NCBI GenBank assembly: GCA_030704615.1
Contig: CM060731.1
Span: 51,150,001-51,214,000, forward strand
DNA: 64,000 nt
From: Takakia lepidozioides
Lineage: Eukaryota > Plantae > Bryophyta
Reading direction: 5' to 3'
Below, one piece after another: positions 24,692 through 38,556 of this stretch. Within the stretch, counting starts at the first letter, position 1, and each line of letters opens with the position of its first letter. The position numbers and the translations under genes are program-made. The notes under the pieces were generated by a model. It was given only the letters and a program-made list of their open reading frames with translations, was not told where the DNA came from and searched no databases.

Positions 24692-26289
24692 TCAGTATTG
24701 CACTGTTTAACAGAGTTCTTGATTCTAATAGCACTAGAACATACTAGCTATAACAATTCAGCCCATGTGTGGGCTTACTTGTTTTTGGCTGGGCCTTTTG
24801 AGGCATGGATTTTTTGACCTTGTGGTGTCCATTGGGATATTGGTCTCATTTGGATTTTTGTAATGTGATTTATAGGGCTTGTATTGCCCTGTACTTGACT
24901 ATTTTCATTCTCCTTGTGGTTGATAGTATGCAGGAGGGATCCATTCTGTTTTCATGTTGGAATTTCACCATGTAATGAAGATTTTAAATCATTTAATTCA
25001 CTTTCATTTTAAATAATAATATTAAAAATAATACCATTAAAAAAAATTCCAAGGCTGCAATCTCCCTGTTCTTTTAAATATTAAATGAAAACTAAAAATT
25101 AAAATATGAACATTAAAAATATAAACTATTTCGGAAAACAATCTTGATGACACGTGGCATCACTCTTGCTCAAACCAGAACACGTGGCAGTATATGACAC
25201 GACATTCTTTATCCATATTTTCACCACGTGTAAACATTCGTAGTCATATATGCTAGTCATATATTTTGTCTGTGTGCCACATGTCACATCTCAAGTGCAA
25301 CAGGTGTTCCGCTAATATCTCTCCATGTAGACATCCCTGTAGTCATATAAGCGAGTCATGTAGTCACCACGTGTGAAATCTGCCATAGCACACGTGTCTC
25401 GCTAGCGCCTCTCCATGTAGGCATCACTGTGCAGACATGTAGTCATATGATCATGGCAAGAAGTCGTGACATGTCAAATTCGCAGTGGCGCACGTGTCCA
25501 TCCGTCGCCTCTCCATGTAGGCATCATTTTGCAGTCATATAGTCATATGATCCCCTGACGAATGCATGACGTGTCGCTTGTGCAGTGGCGCACGTGTCCC
25601 GCTGAAGCCTCTCCGTGTAGGCAGCACTCAACAGACAATGTAGTCATATAGTTGTGACTGCAACCCTCTCTGCAGCAGGACTCCAGGTGCCACGCAAGCA
25701 GTCATGGATATGACTTGCAAAACGCAGTCCTAAAGACTAGTCGCTATGACAGGGCTTTTTTCACTACAGAGTGATGTAGTCATGAACGCATATAAGACTG
25801 AAAAAATAGTCATATGTGAAGTCATAAAAATGCTCATCTGTTGTAGTGATCCTTGCGGCTTTGCGGAAAGAATTTACAGGGCATGAGATCACAATTGAAG
25901 AGGCTACGGTATTTGCATCAACTATTGGTAAGAATGAGAGCACACCTTTGCAGATACAACAGACGTTTTTCAACTGGGTATATCGTAAACGTGCACAGGA
26001 ACACGCCCTTCGCAGGTAAATACCACTCCACTTGTGTACATATAATGAGGCAGAAGCATGCTACAGTGGCTCACTTTGCGAAATTTTTGTCCAGTTTAAA
26101 CTAGTCTACTTTCATTTATATCTTTTTTTATAAGAACTTTAAATTAGGTGTTGCAATTTATTTTTGTTGTCAACTCAATTTGAGATCACCCAAAAATTGG
26201 TTTCCAAACAAAGCTCCAAGGGTGGATCACCATCTGGGAAGCTGCAGCTCACTCCAGAACAACGAGAAAAGCGCAGGTAGGAGATTGGA

Positions 26290-29200
26290 GAACGTAAGAA
26301 AGTTACTGCATGTTGGAATTGTGGGGAGATCGGACACTGGGGAAAAGAATGTACCAAGGAGATGAGAGCTGAACCGAAGAAAGAGGAATCAAAAGGGCCA
26401 TCTGGTGGAAAGACTCTCCGAGCCTTCATGGCCTCTGCTTCGGCGCCCTGCTCTGAAAATTGGTATGTTGACAGTTGTTGCTCGCAACACATGACTCAAA
26501 CCAGAGAGTGGTTTTCTACCTATCGTGACATCTCAAGCGAGAAGCAGCCGGTAGAAGGAATTGGAGGAGTGGTACTTGCCCAAGGAGTTGGTGACATAGC
26601 ATTCACAACCTGGGTCGACGGGTAGGAGCATCACGGTGTCTTGAAGGACGTTGTTCACGTTCCAAAATTGGGTCGAAACTAGTTCTCAACCTCTTGAGGG
26701 GTTCATCGCGATATACTTCACACCCAAGGTGGTTGCAACTTGATGGCTGGAGGGGAGGTTGTAATGCGTGGCATTGAGGAGTGCGGTATTTACAGGCTCC
26801 TTATCTCTGTCGTCTTGCCATCAGAATCCAGCAACCATAGTGCTTTCTCGGCCAAGGTGATTGGAGTGCAGACAAAAAAGGATAGCACCCAGAATATTGA
26901 TATCTGGGATTTGCGACTTGGTCACGTTCATCATCAGATGATCAGAGATATGGAGGCTAAGGACATGGTTGATGGGCTGATTATCAGTGGTAGAAGCCAA
27001 AATCCATCATTTTGCATTGGTTGTGCATATGGAAAGATCATCGTGAGAAAGCTGAGATGATTGGTGACTTGGTCCACTGTGACTTGTGCGGACCCATCAA
27101 CGTTCCTACAGTAAGTGGGGCTAAGTATTTTGCCCTATTTAAGGACGATCACTCTGGCTTTCGGGTCATCTACTGTATTAAGAAAAAAACAGCGATAACA
27201 ACTCTCGAGTGCCTGCGTCGGTTCCTAGGACAGATGATACGAGAAACTGGGCATACCATAAAGATCCTCAGGTCTGATCGTGGTATGGAGTTTTGCAACG
27301 CTCAGTTTGAAGAGTTCTTGGCTGCAAAGAATGTCAAGCACAAGGTGACATGTGCTTACACCCCAAAACAAAATGGGGTGGCTGAAAGAGACAACCGCAC
27401 CATCATTGAGTCAGCACGCAGCATGATCTATGCAAGCGATGTTCATCCACGCTTCTGGGGCGAAGCTGCTCACACAGCTGTCTACTTGCTTAATCACACT
27501 GGTTCACGTCAGCTTCCCAACTCCACGACCCCTTATCAGATGTGGTACTGGGTCAAACCTTCAGTAGCCCATGTGCATGTATTTGGTTCCAGTGCATATG
27601 TCTATATTCCTTCTGAGTTACGTAAGAAAATGAATCGGAAAAGTAAGCACTGCATACTCATGGGCTACAGTGAGACAAGTAAAGCCTACAGGCTGTGGGA
27701 CAATGTTTCTCGTCGCATCATTGAAAGCCGGGATGTATTTTTTGACGAGCTAAATTTGAATGGAGGTGACCGATCTGACCCACCAGTTGACAGCTCCATT
27801 GTTCACTTGAGTGACCGCGTTTTTGATCTGCCAGCTCAAGCAGTGGGAGTGCGCGCTGGAGCCTTGCTCCATGTTGCTGCTGAGGTGGTACCTATGGAAG
27901 ACTTTCCTCTTGTCGTCGAGCTCGGCATCCCCGAGAGCCCGGAGTGGCTTACACCACCCGATGTCACCACCTCTGGCGATGATGAGCTTTGCCACGAGGC
28001 ACCAGTGAGCATTGATGCACCCGAGGCTGCCATCACCGGTGAACCCAACATCACTCTCGAGCGTGATGCTCGCTCTCGCCACCCCCCCTCCCGTTTTGGC
28101 GATTGGGTGGTCCTTGTTGGAAAAGGGAGCTACACATGTAATGTTGCCACTACATCTGGTAACGTCCTTGATGAACCCCTGACCGTTGACGAGACCCTCA
28201 CCTCCCCAGAACGCAATGAGTGGATTTGTGCAATGCAAGATGAATATAATTCCCTGCTTGAGAACGAGACTTGGATCTTACAAGATTTACCCAAAGGCCG
28301 CAAGGTTGTTCGCTCTAAGTGGGTTTTCAAAGTGAAGCTTGGCGCTGATGGTAGTGTTGCTCGATTCAAGGCCAGGCTGGTGGCCAAAGGCTTCACTCAA
28401 AAGGAAGGTTTGGACTATACTGAGACTTTTAGTCCAGTTGTCAAGTTTGATTCTATCCGCACCATCCTTTCTCTCGCAGCAGCAGAAGACATGGATATTA
28501 CTCAATTTGATGTACGTACAGCTTTCCTGTATGGAGAAATTGATGAAGAAATTTATTTGGAGCAACCTGCTGGCTTCACCGATGAGGAGCATCCGCATAA
28601 AGTTTGCAGGCTGGTGAAGGCCATTTACGGCCTCAAGCAATCTTCGAGAGTGTGGAATCGCAAGTTCAACCATTTTTTTCCTACGCACAGCCTGATTCCA
28701 TCCACCGCCGACCCTTGTGTGTACGTGAGCAACACCGATCCCCGTTTAATCTTGTGCATTTCGGTGGATGATGGCCTTGCATGCAGCGTTCAAACCCACA
28801 TGATCACGCAAGTCCTCAGCGAGATGAAAGGTGCTTTTAGCATCACTGAGGGTCATCCCGAAATGTATGTGGGGTTGCACATCACACGTGATCATGTCTT
28901 TCGCTCCATCCAGCATGACCAACACCGGTACATTGAACGTGTTGTGAAGAAGTTTGGGCTTGAGCATGCTTCCCCACTCTCCATCCCAGCTGATCCCCAC
29001 TACTCGGCCGAATTTCTCTCTGCTCAGAATGAGCCATGTGAGACCAATTTTCCTTATCGCAACTGCATTGGCAGTTTGCAGTTTGCTAGCACCGGCTCTT
29101 GGATTGACGTGAGTTATTCTGTTAGCCATGCAACCCAATTCTGTGAGACACCCAAAGCACCCCATGTTGGAGCTGTGTGCCGCATCCTCAAGTATTTCCA

Positions 29201-30045
29201 CGGCTCTCCAAGTGTGCGCATCACCTACAGTGCTCAATCTAGTTTGGCCAATCAGCTTGTTGGTTACTGTGATGCTGACTACGCAGCTGATATTCAAGAC
29301 CGGAAGAGTAGATCTGGATATGTGTTAATGCTCAATGGAGGGCCTGTTTCATGGGGAAGTCGCAAACAAACTTGTACTGCTACCAGTACAACGGAAGCTG
29401 AATATATTGCCGCTCACCTTGCCTGCCAAGAGATCATCTGGCTCCGCCGTCTCTTGCATGACATGTGTTATGTTCAAACCGGTCATACTATCATCAGGCT
29501 GCCATTCGGCTTGTCCGGAATCCTGAGTTCCATAAACGGACCAAACATATTGATGTCAAATTCCACAAAATTCGTGAAGCCAAGGCCAATGGGGAGATTC
29601 ACATCACATACATCAACACCACAGACAACGTGGTTGATGTACTCACCAAGGCTCTCCCCCGTGACAAATTTTGCTGAATGAAGATTATGCTTGGCCTTAC
29701 TGACGTCGTCATCAGTCCATCAACCTCATCCCGAGTGGGAGTGTAGTAGTAATATATCTAGGTTCTTATACGGTATGAGGTTAGTTGCTCTATACATGTT
29801 CTTGATATATACAGTTCTTGATACGTTAGGGAACGATTAGTTATTACATGCAAGCATCCCTGCAGCCAGGATGCATGAAAGCTTGGCAATGGTGTGACTA
29901 CTTATATAGTCCAGTGGCAGAATGCGTACATATGCTGGAGTTGCAGTAAGTTAGTGTATGAGGCAATCACGGAGGTTTTTGCTGTGTAGTGCAATCTGAG
30001 ATCTACAACTAATACATTCTCTTTTATCAGTTCTGTGAGTCAACA
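26290..30045 (+). mobile_element. 5'-truncated Ty1/copia retrotransposon with 3' LTR
   Basis: Zinc knuckle CWNCGEIGHWGKEC, protease WYVDSCCSQHM, pre-integrase WDLRLGH, integrase (HCDLCGP, LRSDRGMEF, QNGVAER), RT (SKWVFKVK, KARLVAKG, SVDD) and RNase H (GYCDADYA). PPT gagtgggag is followed by an LTR at 29742(TG)-30045(CA). Confidence 0.93.
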
Positions 30046-33000
30046 TCTTGTGTAAGTGATTGCTTTGCTCAAATAGTTACTGTAGATCAAAATATCATCT
30101 AAAAAGACTACCACAAATCTATCTAAGAATGGGCGGAAGATATCATTCATGAGGCCTATGAATGTGGCTTGGGCATTGGTGAGACCAAATGACATAACCA
30201 TGTATTCAAAATGTCCATACCTAGTGCGGAAAGCGGTCTTATATACATCTTCATCAGCGACTCAAATTTGGTTGTATCCACTCATCAAATCAAGTTTCGT
30301 AAAGTATTTTGCTCCTCGCAGTTGGTCAAATAGATCGTCTATGCGTGGTAATGGGTACTTGTTATTCATTGTCTGCTGGTTGAGTGCTCAATAATCAATG
30401 CACATGCACATTGCTCCTTTTGTTTTCTTCATAAACAACACCGGCGCTCCATACGGCGTTTTATAAAGTCTTTTGATAGTAGGTCCTCGACTTGAGCCTT
30501 ACATTCTTCCAATTCGTTTGGTGCTAATTGATAAGGGACTTTACAAGAAGGAATACTACTTGGGACAACCTCAATCTTATGATCTACTCTTCTATTTGGC
30601 GGAAGCCGTGCTGATAGGTCATCTGGAAATACATCTTTGAACTCTTCCAATACACTCTGTAATTCTATAGGGACCTCACTCATGTTTTTTTTTGGATTTT
30701 CCACGTCTCTTATTAAACCTACAAATAATACATCTTTCTTATATATAGCTATAGTACCTATAATAAATGATGGTAGGTTTCGATATGGTGTTCTCACTTG
30801 ATCTTCCCATATTTCCAATTCTGGGTTTTGACTATTTTTCGACGTAAATCAACATCGGGGTTATGAGATTCCATCCAAGATATGCTTAATATTACGTCAT
30901 ATCGAGCCAGTCTGACCACTCGTCATTCTAAGATTTCTCTATATTTACCGATCGACAACCCTATGCTTTTAGGTAGTGTCTCAATGGCCCGTGTATGTCC
31001 ATTTGACATTTCTACTTCCTCTCTTTCATCCTTTTCTAAGGGGAGTCCTAGTTTCAAGGTAGGTTTTCTAGATAAGAAGTTTTATGTTGCCTCAGGGTCT
31101 ATCAACACTCTCATATGAATACCTTCTAAGGTTCCGTCTGCCACAATTAACTGCGTCTCTTTCTTGCCCACATGATTGATCTGTCTCTTCTCCTTGTAGG
31201 GCCCCTCGCATTTTCTTTTTTTTGTAGAACCAGTAAGATCGCGAAGTTTGCTTACTGGTTGTCCTCGTTTTCCGCTCATTGCGATGTTTGTTATCTTCTC
31301 CTCTCCTTAGACTGTTAAGAGGTTTTCGATAAGTTTGTCGATTGTATCTTCCACTTCGGCAGTTGGCCGCAAGATGTCCGTATTTTCCACAGTTGTAACA
31401 TTGTCTGGTTTCCTTTTATCCTTCTGTTTGTGAGAATATCGAGGAGGTCACATCCTCGTCATTCAAATTCATTCGCCGTTGTGTGTTATCTTTCCCATAT
31501 CTGATTCCCGGCCTATTTCTTTGAGAGTATTGGGAGTTATCCCGTCTTCGAAGATTTCCAAGCTCTATAGGCGTTTGGTCCGTACTGGGTCAATGGAACG
31601 TGTATACATTCGTCGTATCTTGGTAGCATCCCTTCAATCTTTTGGGCTAATGAAATTGTTTCGTGGACATCAACCGGGTTGTGTAAAATTACATCTCCTT
31701 GAATTTTCTTCTTCAATCCTCTTATGAAGTTGTCTAATGCTTCTGCAGGACTCATGTTTTCGATTTGGACCTTAAATCTTCAATGTAATTTTGCACACTC
31801 CCGCGTTGTTCCAAATTCCATAATTTCATTCGAGCAGTTGTAACAACATCTACTGCCTTGAATTGTTGGAGCAGTCCTGCTTTCAAGGTGCTCCATAATA
31901 AATGTTCTCTTTTTGCAATCTATCTTCTCTCCCATGTCTGTAACCATGTTGAAGCATTGTCGTGTAGAAAAGATCGTATGAACATTCCGTGGTCTAAATC
32001 GCTTGATGTAGGGAAATATGACAGATGTATCTCCATTCGATAAATCCATCCTTCTAGCACTCTCATGGTGCGACTTCCTTTATACGGCTTGACCTTGCAC
32101 GTCTCGGTCATCTTTTGCAGTAACGTATCCGACCTACCAGCAACCAGTCCCGGGGCGGTTGATTGTCTCACTTGTTTAAGCTCCTCCATCAACACGTTAT
32201 TTTGTTGTTGGGTCGTGACAAGAGCATTCTGCAATTTGTGTAAGCACTCCATTATCCACTCCATCTGATCATTGGCTTGACGAGTAGTGTGTGCATTGTC
32301 CACTATTTCTTCATTGTCTGCCATCTTGCCCCACTACTCCTTCCTTCGTGGTGTTTGTTTTCTAAGATTAATGTATACTATATCTATTCTCTTATCCTAA
32401 TATAGTATGTAAATAGTACAATCCCAAACCATCCCGTACGTGACTATTGGTAATACAAAAAGGACGTTTGAACTCATGACATGGTTCATGAATTCTACTC
32501 CAAATTCTGCAACTAAAAATCTTACAAGATGATGTTTGTCGATGGCGCGCACATTGATACTAAATACATTTAGCGGTAGAAAATTAAGCGAAAAATATGT
32601 ACCTCGATCCATGAACTGTGTATATACATATATGTATACTTTTTAATTTCTAATTATAGGAAAGACGACATATCATCGGTTTTGTAACATTTCTTGATAT
32701 TGTTTCTCTCCAAATCTCTGTACTATCATATCTCTAATTTCTGCCTTACGACGACATATAATTTTAAACTCACACTCTGAAGGAAAATCACGGAAAGAGG
32801 GTTGATTTAAGTCCATAAATTTTTTATTCTATCGTTATGATGCACCATCACTACTATCCATTCAACACTTAAAAATATTAACAACAAAAATTTCTTTAAA
32901 AAAACATCTTAATCGAATGCTCCTAAAGAGGGTATTCACTCCCAACTTCAAGAAAGACTAGGCTCTGATACCATTATAACACCCATGATCTACACAAACT

Positions 33001-33338
33001 AGAATAGAAGTACTTCTTAACTTTTTCCCAAAACAACTCGATGCCTTCTAGGCTTTCATTGCATGTTTATATACCCTTCACAATATGATTATTTTAAAAT
33101 TTTGATTTGAGAGCCTCAAGTCAAAACTTCCTAAAGTCAACCTTCTTAGGTTTGACATATTCTCTACAAGATGACTTTATCAAACATTTGACCTACTCTC
33201 CATAATATAAATATCTTATAGGTTTGACTTGAGAGCCTCAAGTGAAACTTCCTTAAGTCAAACTTCCTAGGAACATTTCTAGTTATTTTGGAAATTTCTA
33301 GTCTCCATCTAGAACCTTCTAGATTATACTCTGTTACA
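30046..33338 (-). mobile_element. Degenerate Ty3/gypsy element: 5' LTR, PBS, gag, protease, partial RT
   Basis: PBS tggtatcagagcc (32973-32961) and LTR ~32975-33338 with t(a/g)taac...gttaca ends. Gag motif FIRGLK and protease VLIDPEAT. RT reads [25 protein letters not shown]...FGLTNA...[10 protein letters not shown] and is cut at the copia LTR. Confidence 0.88.
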
Positions 33339-33920
33339 GATGCATTGTGAAAAGAATTTGTGTAATCTCGAACATAATTATGACTATAATTGGTGAAAAA
33401 TATACGTTGAGATGTCGTCGGGATATGGAATTGCAGAGTCTACGTCGGACCCTATAGTTGCAGCAACATCCAAACAAGGTGAACACAGTCATAAAGCCAC
33501 ATGCACCTTACGTTTTGATTGTTGATAAACTAAAAGTTTTTCTCCAAACTATTCAAAATCTAAAAGTCCCCGTAGGGTACGCATCTGCATTCAAAAAATA
33601 CATCATAAGTATGAAACTAGGTTCTTTGAAAAACCATGATTATCATGTGTTTATGCAGTAGGTTTTGCCCATTGCACTTCGTGGGTTGATGGCCAATGGA
33701 CCCCGGAAAGCCGTAATGCGCATGTCCCGTGTGTTTAGAAAACTCTGTAAGAAGTGGTTGCTCCTGCAGAGCACAACGAACTGAAACAAGAAATGACTAT
33801 CACTCTTTATCTTCTTGATAAAGAGTTTACATCCAGTTTTCTGATGTTATGACCCATCTTCACATCCACCTAGTGAACGAGTTAGATTTGTGTGGTCCTG
33901 TCGGCACTCGGTGGATGTAC
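33339..33920 (+). pseudogene. CACTA transposase (Transposase_21 / DUF4218 region) remnant
   Basis: MHCEKNLC at ~33340, then LKVPVGYASAF...LKNHDYHVFMQ*VLPIALRGL, and HLVNELDLCGPVGTRWMY. Confidence 0.85.
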
Positions 33921-34529
33921 CTACCCCCCTTCAAATTGAAGAGACCTTGAGTACAGCTGATCCGATGCAAGGTGAGGCGATTGAAGTAACGGCGGAGGAG
34001 CATGCTTCATTGTTTCAGTCTATTGGGACTGATTCTGGTTATGAGGGCGATGAATTTTGGGATGAAGCAACAATGAAGAAGATGAAGACAACCACTAGTA
34101 TCAGTTGGATGATGTTGATTAAATCCTCCCGACACTTTATGAAGATTCATAGAATCATGAATGTGTGCACATAACGACCATTGAGGTTAGATTGGGACCT
34201 GTGTTGACACCAATATAAGTGGATTGCCTGCAGGTCTGTAGGCTTTGAGAAAAGGCAGGAAGTCCAAATTCACGGCATCCCCTACACATTGTAGTATTGT
34301 GAACTATCCATAGGGTTATTTTGTGAACAGAGTGTGGGCATGATTGTAAAGATTCATCATAGTGAGGACAATTTCTGCTCCCAAAAGCTTGGTGGAATGT
34401 GAGAGGGGCAAGTCGTGCTGGCATGGGATAGTAGGGCTCATAAGTACTTTTGAATAGACCCCGAATTGTAGGTTTATGATTTGTGGAGCAACAGTCCATG
34501 AGTCATGTGGGTAACACACCACTCTTATG

Positions 34530-34760
34530 TGTTTTTTCAAAGGGAAACACTTGGGAGCGACAGCTCACCAATCAGGCCCCTTAATTACAGTGAGAGGAAA
34601 AAATAACCTCTTCCAAAGTAACTGCGTCGTGAAGGCTTTCGCATGGGACACCACTTAAGGGAAGGGGAGAAGAACATACCATAGCCGTCAAATGTAGCAG
34701 GATTTCAGAATCATCTAGATGGCACTTAGTGCACTATCCAACTGAGCTACCAACTGTTGG
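34530..34760 (-). mobile_element. tRNA-derived SINE (most complete copy)
   Basis: The minus strand begins ccaacagttggTAGCTCAGTTGG (A box) and ends in an A-run. Homologous to the 6213-7133 and 10577-10663 copies. Confidence 0.65.
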
Positions 34761-36384
34761 TCGGTATGTGAATTTCAACTATTGTAATGAGTAAAATGTT
34801 AACCCTTATACGACGACGCGACCTGAATCAGGTCGGGTCATTTTTCATCCAAAACGTAATTTTCTTGGATGAAGTCAGATGACATTCATCCTGAACAAAA
34901 GAATGTGCGCCATGAAGTTTTCGGTCCCCTCCAATTGACAAGCCGCAAAACTAGTAAGTACAACACCGTCAAGAATTTTTCTTAGTAAAGGGGGGGGCAA
35001 CGCTTGGCCCATATGGTGCCAGCAGCATTGACCCGGTGATGTGGCAGGCCGGAAGCCCCAGTGGGCATGCCATTCCGGCGGTCAGCGCGTTTGGGGGGGG
35101 GGTGGATGTACGCCGAAAACTGCTGCCTGCTCCGGCCATAACAGCCTGAGTTGGGATGCAAGAAGAAAAGAGCCCAAATTCAGATCTGAGGATTTACTTT
35201 TGGAAGAATCCAAAAATTCTTTTGGCATTCTCTGTGCACTGGAAAAGAGCACAACATAATTGTAGGAAAAAATTCATAGCTAAAAATTGAGCACCCCATG
35301 GAGCAGAGTGTAAACCTTTGTTGGGGGAGTGCAATTTGACTCCCCCAATTTCACATACAAAGGACCCCACAAAAAATTTGGGGGTATGGGGCTGAAATTT
35401 CAGCCCTACATCATGTGAGTGCCCAGGAATGTGAACATGTGGGCCATTCCCCACAGGAAAAATCAATAACCCCCACTTCGAGCTTGGTCAAAGCTTTTTT
35501 TGGGGGTCGAAATGGTGGCCATGTGGAAAAACCACATTACTATTTTGTTATAATCTGCCATTTCCAATGGTGAAAGTCTCTGCAAATTCATGGGCACATG
35601 GATGTAGTAGGTAGGAACATTTCTGTAAGGTTGATTTCTGTGGATGATTCATGCCAGGAAGTTATGGCATCATCAATGACATTATATACCCTTTTTGGGC
35701 TGGCCCACCAAAATGGTGGTTGTCGGTTAAGGGTTAACTTCTTTTATGAAGATGTGGTAGTAGATAAGGACAAGACGAAATGAATTTTGTAAAACCAAAT
35801 TTAGATTACGTAATGCATGTTTGGCCATATATTGGTCATATAAAACTTGCTTGACACAGTTTTTGGGGGGATAGCCTTAGGGATCACAAGGCTATCCACC
35901 TACACTTGGATTTTATTTTTGGTAATTCTATACTAAATGTGACTATTATAGTTGGAATGAAATGTAAGCAATTATTTTGTGAAGCCTTGTAGTGAGTTCA
36001 GTTATTTTATATTTTATATTTTCAATATTTATGCAACTGGTTTAATTTCATTCACTTTAAAATTCATTATTAAATTTTGAATTTTATTCATCACTACATT
36101 CATCCAAGGCACTTTTTGGAAGACATCTTTCACTGTCAGTATAGCAGATAAGTTGTTTGATTTCACTATCCCTCACCACTAGACTATTATTTTACTGTTA
36201 ATGTGCTAGGTCAGTGAAAATATTTGTTTTACTAGAGAGTGCTTGGAGTAGTGAAAAGTGACAACATCGATGAAATAGTCAAACTTGAAAGTTATAATAA
36301 TCAGGGTGTGTTGTAGTGGTACCAAACCACAATGGCCAGTCTTACCTTCACTGAATTTATAGATCTCGACCTCCAGCCTGGGTA

Positions 36385-37670
36385 GGGAATTCCAAAAAGG
36401 CCTTGATGTGAAATGCATCGCAATTCACTTGATCACCCCCTAAAAGTGCGCAATTCAATTGAACTAACCCTAATTTGCAATTCAATTGAATTGTCGGCAC
36501 ACGATTCAATTGAATTGCGAATTGACAATTCAATTGAATTGTCAACTCGTAATTCAATTGAATTGCAGTCAACAATTCAATTGAATTGTCAACTCGCAAT
36601 TGAATTGAATTGCCAATTCGCAATTCAATTGAATCGCTAGTTGGCAATTCAATTGAATTGCTGACTACAATTCAATTGAATTGTGATCTATAATTTTTAA
36701 CTTATTTTTGTATATAATATATAATATACATGTACATGTATATATTCAAATTATATTTATACACATATAAGAGTATAAGCTAAAAATACATGTTGCCCGT
36801 CTATTCTTGCTGGCCCTCTTTCTTGTGCCCTTGAGGAAATTGTGGAGTTGTGAAGCCACCCTCAGCCTCAGCCTCAGCGAGAAAGGGAGAGCCACAGACG
36901 GAGACAGATCAGCAGCTTCCTGTGATTCACTGGCAAAAGAAACATGGCTGGCTCCGAAAAAAACAGACAAAATCAAACCTGACAATTGATGAAAGGCTTC
37001 CCCTGCATCACCATGTAGTCCCCTAACACTAGTATCTCGCCTAGGATAAAGAAAACAAAAAATATGTTCATCTTGAGAATTATCAAAAATTTCGATACCC
37101 TTACAAAGGTATCATGTTGAAGTTGGGATGTGTGTTCTATATAAGTTTAATATATCAAACTCTTGCACGTTGATACTCTTACATTGGTCTCATGTTTGGT
37201 ATATGTACATAGCCATATATTGGCACCAACATCCACAAAGAGAGACAATCCCGCTTTTACAAGTGCTTCATGACTTCCTCTCTCTCTCTCTCTCCCTCTC
37301 TCGCTCTCCCTTAGGCTTATCTTGGGCTCAAGCCTTACCACGGGCAAAGGATTGACAGACGGACAGCAAGAACAGACAGCAAGAACAGACGGGCAACATG
37401 TATTTTTAGCTTATACCTGTGTATGTTTATATGTATAATTTAAATATATACATATATATTATATACAGAAATAAGTTAAAAATTATAGATTACATTTCAA
37501 TTGAATTGTAGTCAGCAATTCAATTGAATCGTGTGCCGACAATTCAATTGAATTGCAAATTAGGGTTAGTTCAATTGAATTGCCCTTGCAATTCAATTGA
37601 ATTGCGCACTTTTAGGGGGTGATCAAGTGAATTGCGATGCATTGCACATCAAGGCCTTTTTGGAATTCCC
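36385..37670. mobile_element. Foldback-like long-TIR element flanked by TA
   Basis: Arms 36385-36811 and 37377-37670 are reverse complements (gggaattccaaaaaggccttgatgtg...). They carry ~10 and ~5 copies of the palindrome caattcaattgaattg. TA lies on both flanks. Confidence 0.88.
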
Positions 37671-38556
37671 TACATGGGGCCAAATGTGCAGCGCACAAAT
37701 ACCGTACCACTCATGAAAATGACGTAGCAAGAGTTGAGGAGGGTAACACAAAGTGCACTCTCCGGCTAAAAGTTCAAAAAATGTTCAAAATGGATTTTAG
37801 GGTTGGGGGATTGCGTTCAGCAACGAGTCTAGGTTCTGCTTTGTTTGTGTATTGGGATGATTTGCAGGATATGCATAGCTTGGGTGCGAGATGGAGGCTT
37901 CGACCTATACGCAAGTGATGCTGGGAGGGTTGAAGCTCGACCATATCACGTTATTTGCAGGTCCGTGTTGGGCAAATAGCGGAGATCCGAAACTCTCATA
38001 GTGTAGTTGATTGTCGAAAAACCCAGGGGATCCTTTTTGGTACGGTGGGCTGGATCTCGCGGTATGGCCTGTTTGTAATGGAAGTAGGAGAGTCAACCTG
38101 GTAATAGGAGGACAAGTAACATACGTCCTGGTAAAGGAGTCTAAAGTATCGACGTTTAGTAGTCAAAGTACAAGTCTAATGTCTGGGAGATGGACCCTGA
38201 CACGCAGGCTGCAAGTTTTTGGACCAGATGTTGGAGATGGGTTTTCACACTTGCAAGGAAAGGTGGTTGGATTGCGGATAAGGGCTTCACAGAGGGACGA
38301 TCAATCAGATACCAGGACATCCCAAAAGCTGAGAGAAAGGGCACAGAAGGCAGAAAGAGAGTCACTGGAGCCACAGTCCTATAATGCGCATCTTTCTTCA
38401 GAGAATGTGGAGATAGCACTTCAAAATAACTGATGTTGCCACAGCTTCCTCCTCCACCTCCTCACCACCCACTCAAGAGGGGTCAGCGGGCCTACCAAAA
38501 GGTTTAAGAATCGGTTTCAGCTGGGACTGGTGAAGCTTAGCACGATTCTAATGCAG

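Larger units (their letters stand above)
19945..25848. mobile_element. CACTA (En/Spm) element; right TIR present, left end truncated
   Basis: Right end catctgttgtagtg reads CACTACAACAG on the minus strand. (g)tagtcatat subterminal repeats occur at 25240-25830, with inverse atgactac copies at 19975-20090. Encodes CACTA-type domains. Confidence 0.8.

Noticed and set aside
34690-34760. tRNA gene
   Set aside because: No complete cloverleaf forms; it is the head of a dispersed SINE-like repeat.
36450-36690. CRISPR-like array of palindromic repeats
   Set aside because: The spacers are only ~5-9 bp, the array is mirrored in the opposite TIR, there are no cas genes, and the context is eukaryotic. 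These are transposon subterminal repeats.
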